Both the position numbers and the translations under genes were made by a program. From assembly GCA_963662655.2 (NCBI GenBank), contig CAXXTU010000002.1, forward strand, positions 1,632,001 to 1,696,000: a DNA stretch of 64,000 nt. Reading direction: 5' to 3'. Of this stretch, positions 51,151-60,357 are shown piece after piece. This DNA is from Candidatus Cloacimonadales bacterium. Its GTDB lineage: Bacteria; Cloacimonadota; Cloacimonadia; Cloacimonadales; JAIOQZ01. The first letter of the stretch is position 1. The number at the start of each line of letters is the position of its first letter. The notes below the pieces were generated by a model. It was given only the letters and a program-made list of their open reading frames with translations. It had not been told where the DNA came from and ran no database searches.

Positions 51151-52092
51151 TTATTTCAAATTCACCACTAACGAATTACTCTTTTCATACCTCCTTTCTT
51201 CTACAGTATTAACGTTGTCTTTTTGCGATGTTTCAATATCTTCAAAGGCTTTTTCGGCCAGGTAGCTGCTGCGAACCAGCGGCGCGGAGCAGACCAGTCG
51301 GAAGCCCATGGCTTCGCCTTCTTCCTGATAAAATGCGAAATTTTCAGGCGTTACGTACTCTCTTACAGCGTAATGCCCGGGAGTGGGCTGCATGTACTGC
51401 CCGATGGTTACGATATCCACCTCATGCTCGCGCAGCTTCCCCATGAGTTCGACGACTTCCTCGCGCCTCTCTCCCAAACCGACCATGAAACCGCTCTTGG
51501 TCAGCATGGACGGCTGGATGGATTTGACGCGTTTCAGGAGGTCGAGGCTCCGCTGGAAGTCCGCCATGGGGCGCACCTGCGGGTATAGCCGCTGGATGGT
51601 TTCAACATTGTGGTTGAGGATGTCCGGCCCGGAAGCAACGACCTTTGCGAGCGCGTCCCGATCGCCTTGCAGATCGGAGATCAGCATTTCGATGGTCAAT
51701 CCCTCGATTTCGCGCAGGGCTCGCACAACTCTCGCGATGTGCTCCGCGCCGCCGTCGGGAAGGTCGTCCCGCGTTACCATGGTAACAACCACGTGTTTCA
51801 GCTTGAGAAGCCGCGCTGTCTCGGCCACCTTTTCCGGTTCCTGCGGATCGGGGGGCAGCAGATCGCTTCTCCCCTTCTCCACCGCGCAGAAGGTGCAGTT
51901 GCGCGTGCAGTGATCCCCCAGGATCATCAGCGTCGCGGTTCCGCGCTCGAAGCACTCGCCGCGATTGGGGCATTTCGCGCTTTCGCACACGGTATTCAGA
52001 TGCAGCCTGCGCAGCATCCGGGTAATCTCGCGCGTCTTGCGAGATCCCAGCGAATCGGCCTTCAGCCATTTTGGTTTTCGAAGTTTTTCCAT
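51151..52092 (-). CDS. lipA: lipoyl synthase
   Basis: CESAKCPNRGEC, CTRNCTFC, RDDL.DGGA, NHNVET, RSSY. Confidence 0.97.
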   Translation of the reverse strand: MEKLRKPKWLKADSLGSRKTREITRMLRRLHLNTVCESAKCPNRGECFERGTATLMILGDHCTRNCTFCAVEKGRSDLLPPDPQEPEKVAETARLLKLKHVVVTMVTRDDLPDGGAEHIARVVRALREIEGLTIEMLISDLQGDRDALAKVVASGPDILNHNVETIQRLYPQVRPMADFQRSLDLLKRVKSIQPSMLTKSGFMVGLGERREEVVELMGKLREHEVDIVTIGQYMQPTPGHYAVREYVTPENFAFYQEEGEAMGFRLVCSAPLVRSSYLAEKAFEDIETSQKDNVNTVEERRYEKSNSLVVNLK

Positions 52093-52115
52093 TTACATCA
52101 ACTCTGTCAAAAAAA

Positions 52116-53507
52116 CTAAGCCTTGTGCAGCGCCATTCCTTCAAGGTCTTCTACAGCCTCGGCGACGGCCTCCGAGAGTGTCGGATGCGCGTATACGATT
52201 TCCGAAGCCTGCTCGATGGTGAGTCCGGCCTGAATCAGGATTCCGCCCTCCGCGATCAGCTCCGTCGCGCCCGGCCCGATGATGTGCATCCCCACGATCT
52301 TGTGGCTCTCAGCGTCAGCGATCGTTTTCACGAAGCCGAACGACTGCCCCATGCTGAGCGCTTTTCCGTTCGCACTGAAGGGAAATTTGCCCACGAGGAT
52401 TTCGCCGAAGGTCTCCTTCGCCTGCTCCTCCGTGAGGCCGGCGGATCCCAATTCGGGATTGGTGAACGTACAGCGCGGGATGTCCATGTACCGGATCGGG
52501 GCACGCTCGATGTCGCTTCCTTCAATCCGGTCGCGCATATCGTCAACCGCCCGTAACCCTTGCTTGCTGGCCACGTGCGCAAGCTGCATCTTGCCGGTCA
52601 CGTCGCCGATTGCATAGAGGTTTGGCAGATTCGCCCGCATGTTCTCGTCGATAACGATCGCGTTCTTATCCATCTCCGGCTCGCAATCGATCATCTCGAT
52701 GCCCAGACGCGGTTTTCTCCCGACGCTCACGAGCACCTTGTCGGCGGAAATCTCCTTATTGCCGGTGAGTGTGAGGATCGCCTTTCCATCCTCGATGCGG
52801 CAAGCTTCCACCGCCTTCTTGAGATGAACCTTGATACCCTCTTTCTTGAACGCCATGGCAAGGCGTTTGGAGACCTCTTCGTCTTCCGTGCTCACGAGGC
52901 GCGGCAGAAATTCCACAATCTCAACCTCGACGCCGAACTGGTGCATCACCGACGCGAATTCGCAGCCGATCACACCACCGCCCACGACGATCAACCGCGC
53001 GGGGAGCTCTCGCATGGAGAGGATATCGTTCGAGGAACATACCACCTCGCCATCGAACTTCATGAAGGGAAGCTCGACCGGGACGGATCCTGTCGCGAGA
53101 ATGACGTATTCCGCCATGTATTCCTGGTCCGCGGCGATCACGTAGCCTTCCCCGGTCTTGCGGACGGAGGTCACTTCGTGATTCACCACCGGAATCTTTT
53201 TCTTTTTGTATATGAATTCGATACCGCCGACCAATTGATCGACGATCTGCTGCTTTCTCTCGAAGACTCTATCGAATCGAACCGTCGCGTTCTCAGCGTA
53301 CAGTCCGAAATCATCGGCATTTTGCATCTCATGCAGCAACTCGGCCGGCTTGACCATCGCCTTGGTGGGGATACAACCCCAGTTCAGGCAAACGCCGCCC
53401 AGACGTTCCTTCTCGAAAAGGACAACGTCGATCCCGTATCGCTCCAGCTTGAGCGCGGCCACATATCCACCCGGTCCACCACCTATAACAGCTACCGTAT
53501 GTTTCAT
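52116..53507 (-). CDS. lpdA: dihydrolipoyl dehydrogenase
   Basis: GGGPGGY, GGVCLNWGCIPTK, GGGVIG.E, AHPTLSE. Confidence 0.96.
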   Translation of the reverse strand: MKHTVAVIGGGPGGYVAALKLERYGIDVVLFEKERLGGVCLNWGCIPTKAMVKPAELLHEMQNADDFGLYAENATVRFDRVFERKQQIVDQLVGGIEFIYKKKKIPVVNHEVTSVRKTGEGYVIAADQEYMAEYVILATGSVPVELPFMKFDGEVVCSSNDILSMRELPARLIVVGGGVIGCEFASVMHQFGVEVEIVEFLPRLVSTEDEEVSKRLAMAFKKEGIKVHLKKAVEACRIEDGKAILTLTGNKEISADKVLVSVGRKPRLGIEMIDCEPEMDKNAIVIDENMRANLPNLYAIGDVTGKMQLAHVASKQGLRAVDDMRDRIEGSDIERAPIRYMDIPRCTFTNPELGSAGLTEEQAKETFGEILVGKFPFSANGKALSMGQSFGFVKTIADAESHKIVGMHIIGPGATELIAEGGILIQAGLTIEQASEIVYAHPTLSEAVAEAVEDLEGMALHKA

Positions 53508-54988
53508 TATCCTTCCTTCCTCCTCAAACGACTATTCAGAATTCCCAATCCCTCGCGATACTTCGCGATCACGCGCCGCGAAACGCTGATGCCCTTTTCC
53601 TTGAGGATGTTGGCGATATCCTGATCGCTGATCGGTCTTCGCTTATCCTCTTCCTCGATCATCTCGCGGATGTTCCGCTCGACAAGCTGACGCGAAACGG
53701 CATCGTAGTTCTTGTCCTTGCCGGCTGTCGATGTGAAGAAGTCTTTCAGGCACATCACGCCGAAAGGCGTATCGGCATATTTGGATCGCACAACGCGGGA
53801 AATGGTTGATTCGTTCACCTGAAGCTCCGCCGCGATGGTGGAGTAGGTTAGCGGTTCGAGGATTCCGGTCTCGTTATAGAAAAATTGCCGCTGATGCTGA
53901 ATGATGGAGCGCATCACCCTCTCCAGGGTGCGGTTGCGCATGTACATCGATTTGATGAGAAACTTGGCCGAATTGATCTTGCTGCGCACGTAGTTGAGCG
54001 CGTCCCGATCCTTCCCCATGTTCTTGATGATGTCGCGATAGCGACGGCTGATGATGATATTGGGCATGAAGGAATCGTTCACGATCAATTCGTATTCGTT
54101 ATCGATCTTCTTGATGATGACGTCCGGAACCATGTAGTTCGTTTCGTTGGTAACGAGTCGCAGGCCGGGTTTGGGGTCCAGCAGCGCGATTTCGTCTTTG
54201 ATCTCCAGCACGGAATCTACGGAAATCCTGTATTTCGTGGCGATATTCTGATATCGCCGGTGGATCAGATCACAGAAATCCTCGCGGATAACACCCGCGA
54301 GAACTTCGTTTTCCAGCTGCTCGGGCGTCAACTGCGCGAGCAGGCACTCGGGGATATCCCGAGCCGTAATGCCGGATGGAATCAGGTGCAAAACAATCTG
54401 ATGGATTTCTTTGGCCCGATCGTGGTCTATACCATATTCAATCGCCAGATCGTCGATATCGAAATCGTCGGGTAAAAAGCCATGCGCGTTGCTGCTGTCG
54501 ATCAGCTCGGTTGCAAACTCGAACTCGTCTTCCGTAAGGTTGTGGCGGTCGAGTTGATCGTAAAACTCCTGCTTCTTGTCTTCCTGGAGTCGAAGCGTGT
54601 TCTCGTGGTCGATCTCCTCGGCGGATTCCCAGGTCGAGGATCGCTCGTCGGAGTGGTAATCGTTCCAGGTATCGAGGATTTCGCTGAGCTCTTTCGCTTC
54701 GTCGATGGTCTCTTTCAGGTCTTCCGTATTTCTCTCGGGTTCAATATCTATATCAATTTCGACTTCAGGTGATTCATGTTCATGTTCGTCTTTCTTGTCT
54801 GTTTCCGGTTCGCGCGAGTCGTCTTCCTCTTGCAGTTCCAGCATCGGATTCGTAATCAGCTCGTGTTTCATGTGCATTTCGAGCTCGAGAATCGGTAGTG
54901 ACAGCAAATGAAGTGATTGAAGCATCTTGGGCCTGAGTTCAAGCCTCTGCTCTTGCTTCTGCGATAGGATTTGTTGTATTCTTGCCAT
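53507..54988 (-). CDS. rpoN: RNA polymerase sigma-54 factor
   Basis: Q/L-rich region I, NPMLE, ESTISR, RpoN box SRRVIAKYR. Confidence 0.96.
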   Translation of the reverse strand: MARIQQILSQKQEQRLELRPKMLQSLHLLSLPILELEMHMKHELITNPMLELQEEDDSREPETDKKDEHEHESPEVEIDIDIEPERNTEDLKETIDEAKELSEILDTWNDYHSDERSSTWESAEEIDHENTLRLQEDKKQEFYDQLDRHNLTEDEFEFATELIDSSNAHGFLPDDFDIDDLAIEYGIDHDRAKEIHQIVLHLIPSGITARDIPECLLAQLTPEQLENEVLAGVIREDFCDLIHRRYQNIATKYRISVDSVLEIKDEIALLDPKPGLRLVTNETNYMVPDVIIKKIDNEYELIVNDSFMPNIIISRRYRDIIKNMGKDRDALNYVRSKINSAKFLIKSMYMRNRTLERVMRSIIQHQRQFFYNETGILEPLTYSTIAAELQVNESTISRVVRSKYADTPFGVMCLKDFFTSTAGKDKNYDAVSRQLVERNIREMIEEEDKRRPISDQDIANILKEKGISVSRRVIAKYREGLGILNSRLRRKEG

Positions 54989-54995
54989 AATTACA

Positions 54996-55736
54996 TCATT
55001 CGAATATCGGGTTTAAAAAACGATCTCCAAGATAAACTTCTCTTGCTTTTTCGCTGTTGACCAGCTCTTTCGACGTTCCGGACAGTAAAATTTCGCCATT
55101 GAAGATAATATAAGCTCTCTGAGTGATTTTCAAAGTGTCAAGTACGTTGTGATCCGTGATTAATATGCCTATGCCCCGATCCTGCAACTTGATGATGATA
55201 TCCTGGATATCGGCAACGGCAAGCGGATCGACTCCGGCAAAGGGTTCATCCATAAGAATGAAGGACGGATTGGTTACCAGTGAGCGGGTTATTTCCAGCT
55301 TCCGGCGTTCGCCGCCGGATAGGGTGTAGGCCTTCTGCTTCGCGAGCTTCGTAAGGCCGAGTTCCGCCAGGTACTCCTCGCATTTGGAGCGGCGTTCCTT
55401 GCGGGGCATCTTCATCGTCTCGAGGATCGCCATGATGTTCTCTTCCACCGTAAGCTTGTGGAAGATCGACGGAGCCTGCGCAAGATAGCCGATCCCGAGC
55501 TGGGCCCGTTTGTACATAGGCTTGCGTGTGATGTCGATATCGTTAAAAAATATGGTTCCCGCATTGGCCTTCGCCAGGCCGAGGATGATGTAGAAAGTCG
55601 TGGACTTTCCCGCCCCGTTCGGCCCGAGGATACCGACGACCTCACCCTGTTCGATTTCCAGGGTGATCTCCTTCAGTACTCTGCGCTTCCCGTAGTATTT
55701 CTCCAGTTTATCGGCACGAATTCTATTTTTTTCCAT
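54996..55736 (-). CDS. lptB: LPS export ABC transporter ATPase
   Basis: GPNGAGKST, LSGGERR, DEPFAGVDP, ITDHNV. Confidence 0.96.
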   Translation of the reverse strand: MEKNRIRADKLEKYYGKRRVLKEITLEIEQGEVVGILGPNGAGKSTTFYIILGLAKANAGTIFFNDIDITRKPMYKRAQLGIGYLAQAPSIFHKLTVEENIMAILETMKMPRKERRSKCEEYLAELGLTKLAKQKAYTLSGGERRKLEITRSLVTNPSFILMDEPFAGVDPLAVADIQDIIIKLQDRGIGILITDHNVLDTLKITQRAYIIFNGEILLSGTSKELVNSEKAREVYLGDRFLNPIFE

Positions 55737-55826
55737 TTACATTCCGCTCAATTCTTCTTTCTAACGATTACGTTCTTTTACTTTGACTGTCAACCGATAT
55801 TTCGGAAAAGTACAAGATCGATCCTT

Positions 55827-56918
55827 TTAGATATCGCCATCGAACTTGTATGTCCCGAAAACTCCGTTCTTCATGACAATCGATTCTATTTTGTTCTCGT
55901 CGTCGATCGTGACCTTCATGATCTCCCCGACGGCCGAGTTCTCGAAAAAATCCTTTCCGTCTTCCTTCGTCTGCGAGACGTGGGAATGGATGTCGCCTTC
56001 CGCCTCGAAGCTTTCGATGCGGCTCTTGTCGTCGAACTTGAATCGCATGATATCGCTGGTGATGCGATTGCTCTTCTCCAGCCCCTCGCCCGAGCTGAAG
56101 AGGATTTTGCTCGAATCGATGAAAGAGGCCGATTTCAGTTCGTTCTCCTCGAAATACATATGGAACTCACGAGCGAAGCCGTCCGCTGATTCCGTGTGGA
56201 ATTCCGGTTCACCGGTGAATATCGCCTCTTCCTTCTCGGCATAGTATACAAGGAAATCGCTGTTGGCAACGTAATCCTTCGATTCCGTCACCACATCGAA
56301 CATCGCCACCAGCTTCTGCTGCTCCTGGTAGTATTCCATCTTCTGAGAGCTGATCCGCAGGGAATCCTTGCCCTCGCGATAGACAACCGGGTTCATGATC
56401 ATGTAACCGTAACCCGTATTGAGGTCGTACTCGATGCGCCCGGCTTCCGCGTGGAGGCTGTCACGAGTGTCCCATGCCTTCACGAACCCACTCGCATTCA
56501 CCTTGCCAATCTCGCGAAGCCAGTCGACGCGATCCGCGCGCACGACCTGACGGGTTTTATCCGAGCGATTTACCGTTAGTCGTACCCCGCCCTGCAATTC
56601 CAGCTTGTCGCTGGTACGATAGTACGTCACATAATCCGCCGTGAGCGTTAGGGTGTCCTCGACCACCGTGACGTCTTCCAGGAGGTACACGATCTTCTGT
56701 TCATCCAGGAAACGTGCGTTGGAAGAGTAGAATTCTGTGGTGCCGTAGAAGAAATGCACGTTGCCCTGAAGGTTCGTTACGTACTCTGTACCCTGCTTCA
56801 GCGCCAAGAGCGAATCGGCGTGTTCGAGTCTGTAGGGACGCGCCTCCGTAGTATCTTCGGCGACGAGCCATGAAATCGTCGAGAGTACCGCGACAAAAAG
56901 AACAAATGTCTTATTCAT
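55827..56918 (-). CDS. LptA/OstA family periplasmic LPS transport protein (multi-repeat)
   Basis: Signal peptide, repeated beta-jellyroll-like segments (GNV, LTAD, GEP); lies between lptC and lptB. Confidence 0.78.
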   Translation of the reverse strand: MNKTFVLFVAVLSTISWLVAEDTTEARPYRLEHADSLLALKQGTEYVTNLQGNVHFFYGTTEFYSSNARFLDEQKIVYLLEDVTVVEDTLTLTADYVTYYRTSDKLELQGGVRLTVNRSDKTRQVVRADRVDWLREIGKVNASGFVKAWDTRDSLHAEAGRIEYDLNTGYGYMIMNPVVYREGKDSLRISSQKMEYYQEQQKLVAMFDVVTESKDYVANSDFLVYYAEKEEAIFTGEPEFHTESADGFAREFHMYFEENELKSASFIDSSKILFSSGEGLEKSNRITSDIMRFKFDDKSRIESFEAEGDIHSHVSQTKEDGKDFFENSAVGEIMKVTIDDENKIESIVMKNGVFGTYKFDGDI

Positions 56919-57480
56919 CGTTCATGTCCTCTTTACCAATCCGTCCCGATCCCTGCACATCCGCCGAGCGGAGCTCTTTGAAGCTGGTATCCGTCCACAG
57001 GTTTCTGCCGTGGAAGATGTTCTCTCCCCGGATGATGGTTACCTGATCCTTCGCGTAAATCTCGTCGGTGTTGCGGTCCCACACCAGGTGCTCGGTTTTC
57101 AGGCTGTCGTTGGCGTCGTTCACGATCACCACGTTCTGCTCGGCGGTAAGCTGGTTCTTGATCTCGTCCATGATCGCCACATCACTGGTGAGAACCGACC
57201 GCAGCAGGCCGTTTTCATCGTATGATTCAACGCGAACGGTATCCGCGTGCAGTATTTTGCTTTTGTAGTAGCGCTGGATGTGCTTCGCGTTGAGGATATA
57301 CTCGAGGGTGTTGTTCTTCATGGAGACGATTCTCACCGAATCGCTCTGTTCGTCCGCGAGGCCGGCTTCCGGTTTGGTGTTATCCATCTCCTGCGCCTCA
57401 TGGCTGCAACCCGCAACGGCAATCAGCAGTACGCTACTGAGCCATAAAGCGATCAAGCAGCTTTTGAACAGCTTCTTCAT
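56911..57480 (-). CDS. lptC: LPS export periplasmic protein LptC
   Basis: Lipobox VAGC; NVVI....LKTEHLVWD, V.I.RG; position in kdsC-lptC-lptA-lptB. Confidence 0.82.
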   Translation of the reverse strand: MKKLFKSCLIALWLSSVLLIAVAGCSHEAQEMDNTKPEAGLADEQSDSVRIVSMKNNTLEYILNAKHIQRYYKSKILHADTVRVESYDENGLLRSVLTSDVAIMDEIKNQLTAEQNVVIVNDANDSLKTEHLVWDRNTDEIYAKDQVTIIRGENIFHGRNLWTDTSFKELRSADVQGSGRIGKEDMNDE

Positions 57481-57961
57481 AGCAACCCTGTTCTTTGAGT
57501 ATCCATTCGATTAGTTCGCGAACTGCGCCTTTGCCGCCTTCACGCTCCATCACCAGATCGACGCGGGACTTTATATCGGGGAAGGCGTCCGAGGGAGTGG
57601 AGGAGATACCGGCCTTCTCGAGCATGGGCATGTCGTTCCAGTCGTCGCCCATAATCGCGGTGTTTTCCCACGTGAGGCCCAGCTTCTCCAGCAGCTCTTC
57701 CGTAGCCTTGAATTTATGCCTGATACTCTGGTAAAGGTGCGTAATACGGAGGTCGCTGCACCTTTGGGCAAGGAGCTCGGAGCTTCTGCCGGTGATAATG
57801 GCAACTTCGATGCCCCACTCCATCGCCATTCGGATACCCAGGCCGTCTTTGGCGTTAAAATGTTTCGATTCAACGCGTTGTTCGTTGTATATAATCGCGC
57901 CGTCGGTCAGGACGCCGTCGCAATCCAGGATGATCAGTTTAATATCTTTTGCATCTACCAT
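57434..57961 (-). CDS. kdsC: KDO 8-phosphate phosphatase
   Basis: DCDGVLTDG, FNAKDG, ITGR, GDDWND, GGKGAVRE. Confidence 0.93.
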   Translation of the reverse strand: MVDAKDIKLIILDCDGVLTDGAIIYNEQRVESKHFNAKDGLGIRMAMEWGIEVAIITGRSSELLAQRCSDLRITHLYQSIRHKFKATEELLEKLGLTWENTAIMGDDWNDMPMLEKAGISSTPSDAFPDIKSRVDLVMEREGGKGAVRELIEWILKEQGCYEEAVQKLLDRFMAQ

Positions 57962-57973
57962 TACATAATTCCT

Positions 57974-57990
57974 TTGGCACCGATAATGCA
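57974..57990 (+). promoter_or_regulatory. sigma-54-like site
   Basis: TTGGCACCGATAATGCA: GG-N10-GC with TGGCAC. Confidence 0.4.
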
Positions 57991-58111
57991 TCGTTTAAAA
58001 TTAGCGTCAATCTTTTTCCTGCACAATATTCACCACATACCGCTACATCTGTGGCATTTGATTTAAACGCCGACAAATCCACCGCAAATTATAAATCTTT
58101 TTTTCTCTTTC

Positions 58112-58128
58112 AGGGAATGAAACTTGCT
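58112..58128 (+). promoter_or_regulatory. possible sigma-54 promoter of the Omp28-domain gene
   Basis: GG(58114-15)-AATGAAACTT-GC(58126-27), about 60 nt upstream of ATG 58186. Confidence 0.35.
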
Positions 58129-58185
58129 TCATGCTATCGATAGTTCATGATATTAAATATCTAGAAATAAGTCTCGGAGGTTGAC

Positions 58186-60261
58186 ATGAGAAAATTATCC
58201 TTTTTGCTTTTGTTCATTGGCATCGTTTATTTTGCCCGGGCTCAGGAATACTTGAGAACGGACTTCAGCGACGACTGTCCGCCCAATGGCTGGACGATCA
58301 GCGCCAACTCTGCTAACTGGTCTGCGCAAGGCACCTCAAACGCGGGTGGCGTAGCTCCTGAAGCGCGCTTCAACTGGAGCCCCGAATTCAGCGGCAGCAG
58401 CTACCTGATCTCGCCTGAGCTGGATCTTTCGGGTGTCACCTACCTGATGTTCGAGATGAAGCACATGGTCGATCACTACAGCGGCGCTTACACGCTTGGC
58501 GTTGCAACACGCTCGGGGGGCGGAACCTGGAACCCGGTATGGACGCTTTCGCCCAGCGCGAGCATCGAAGGTACAACCGTCATCGAGCCGATCAGCACGA
58601 CGGACGTCGGAGCATCCGACTTCCAGATCGCGATATATTTCAGCGGAAATTCCTACAACATCAACTACTGGTACATTGACGATTTCAGGGTATTCACCCC
58701 CTTCCAGTACGACCCGATAGTTCGTAGTGTTGTGACGGGCGACCAATACACAGCGGGGCAATCATACACTCCCACGGCCGTTGTCATGAACTTCGGTCTC
58801 GACAACGTCACCTTCGACGCTTTGTGTGAAATCCAGACTTCGGATGGAACTTCGATTTATGGCGACAACGTTGATGGTATCAATCTCGATTTCGGTGAAA
58901 CGGAGACCATAACCTTTGGTTCTTTTATAATTGAAGAAGCAAATGAACTATACAAGGTTACTGTAATCGTCGAGTACGAACAGGATATGGACGAGAGCAA
59001 CAACACCGGCATCGGCTATTTCGACACCAACACAGCTCCCCGCATTGTTCTTTGGGAGCAATTCACGAACACGAGTTGCGATCCCTGCGCCAATGCGAAT
59101 CCGACAATCGAGGAAGTTCTGAACGATTTCGGCGACACGCAGGTACTGCCGATCTGGTACCATGTATGGTGGCCGGGAAACAATGATCCGTTCTATCAGG
59201 CAAACACGGCTGACAATACGACACGTACTCAGTACTATGGCTGTTCCGCAGTTCCGGATTCTTACACCGATGGTGTCCTGGAGCCTTCCCCCGGCAACGA
59301 ATCGTCCATGACTTCTGCGATTAACGCGCGTCTGAACAAATATAGCGCTTTCGAACTGACTGCTTACCACAATGAGTACGGTCAGAACATGACAATGGAC
59401 GTGAACATCAATACGGTTGGCGGAGTTATCCCCGGGGACTTGCGGTTGTTCGTCGTTGCCACAGAAAGCAACCTCGAATATAACGCAGCCAACGGCGAAG
59501 ACCTTTTCCATTGGGTCATGCGCGACATGTATCCGGATGCTGAGGGAACCGTTCTCGATCTCGAAGGAGGCGACCGCGAAGTCGTATCCGTTGACATGAC
59601 AATCGACACGGATTGGGTCGAAGCCAACGTGGATTTCATCGTGTTTATCCAGAACTACGGAACCGGCGAGATTCTTCAGGCGACGCGAGGAACGATCGTT
59701 CCCATGCTCCCACCAATCAATCTCACCGGCCAGCAAGTCGATAGCGACGTACAACTGAGTTGGGAAACGCAGGCGAGCACACAGACCGGCTTCAAGGTTT
59801 ACAGAGACTATATGGAAATCGCCAACATCGAGGACGCAATGACCACAGGATACACCGATGAGGAAGTCTCTGGCGGAAGTCACCTGTACTACGTCACCGC
59901 AATCTATGAGACCGGTGAGTCCAATCCTTCGAACCAACTATTGATAAACGTTGTCAGCAACGATCAGGGAGCCGATATTCCTGCCGTGACGAAACTGATT
60001 GGCAACCATCCAAACCCATTCAATCCATCGACCCGGATATCGTTCTCGCTTCGCGAAGCGGGTATGGTTCAGCTCGAGATATTCAACCTTCTCGGTCAGA
60101 AAGTTAAAACACTCGTGAATGAGCCTTATCAGGCTGGAAACCACGATGTTACCTGGAATGGTCAGGACGATATGGGGCGCGACGTCGGTAGCGGACTGTA
60201 CCTATATAAGCTTAAAACCGGCAGATACACATCTACGAAGAAAATGCTTCTGCTGAAATAA
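58186..60261 (+). CDS. secreted multidomain protein with Omp28-like thioredoxin-fold domain, FN3-like domain and T9SS type-A/FlgD C-terminal domain
   Basis: Signal peptide; EQFTNTSCDPC, YHVWWP..DPF, YY...VP...DG, VMRDM, FIQN...EILQ; NHPNPFNP...TKKMLLLK. Confidence 0.82.
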   Translation: MRKLSFLLLFIGIVYFARAQEYLRTDFSDDCPPNGWTISANSANWSAQGTSNAGGVAPEARFNWSPEFSGSSYLISPELDLSGVTYLMFEMKHMVDHYSGAYTLGVATRSGGGTWNPVWTLSPSASIEGTTVIEPISTTDVGASDFQIAIYFSGNSYNINYWYIDDFRVFTPFQYDPIVRSVVTGDQYTAGQSYTPTAVVMNFGLDNVTFDALCEIQTSDGTSIYGDNVDGINLDFGETETITFGSFIIEEANELYKVTVIVEYEQDMDESNNTGIGYFDTNTAPRIVLWEQFTNTSCDPCANANPTIEEVLNDFGDTQVLPIWYHVWWPGNNDPFYQANTADNTTRTQYYGCSAVPDSYTDGVLEPSPGNESSMTSAINARLNKYSAFELTAYHNEYGQNMTMDVNINTVGGVIPGDLRLFVVATESNLEYNAANGEDLFHWVMRDMYPDAEGTVLDLEGGDREVVSVDMTIDTDWVEANVDFIVFIQNYGTGEILQATRGTIVPMLPPINLTGQQVDSDVQLSWETQASTQTGFKVYRDYMEIANIEDAMTTGYTDEEVSGGSHLYYVTAIYETGESNPSNQLLINVVSNDQGADIPAVTKLIGNHPNPFNPSTRISFSLREAGMVQLEIFNLLGQKVKTLVNEPYQAGNHDVTWNGQDDMGRDVGSGLYLYKLKTGRYTSTKKMLLLK

Positions 60262-60279
60262 CTCTCTCATTGGCTTTTT

Positions 60280-60313
60280 AAAGGCTGAAAGCGTGTACCG
60301 CTTTCAGCCTTTT
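60280..60313 (+). terminator. intrinsic terminator
   Basis: AAAGGCTGAAAGCG/CGCTTTCAGCCTTT stem about 20 nt after the stop at 60261. Confidence 0.8.
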
Positions 60314-60357
60314 CATTTCCTCGAACCAACTGATTGCCCGAAGTTGCTCACCAACCA

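Noticed and set aside
59050..59100. Selenocysteine in the Omp28-like redox motif
   Set aside because: The motif is CDPC encoded by TGC codons with no in-frame TGA.
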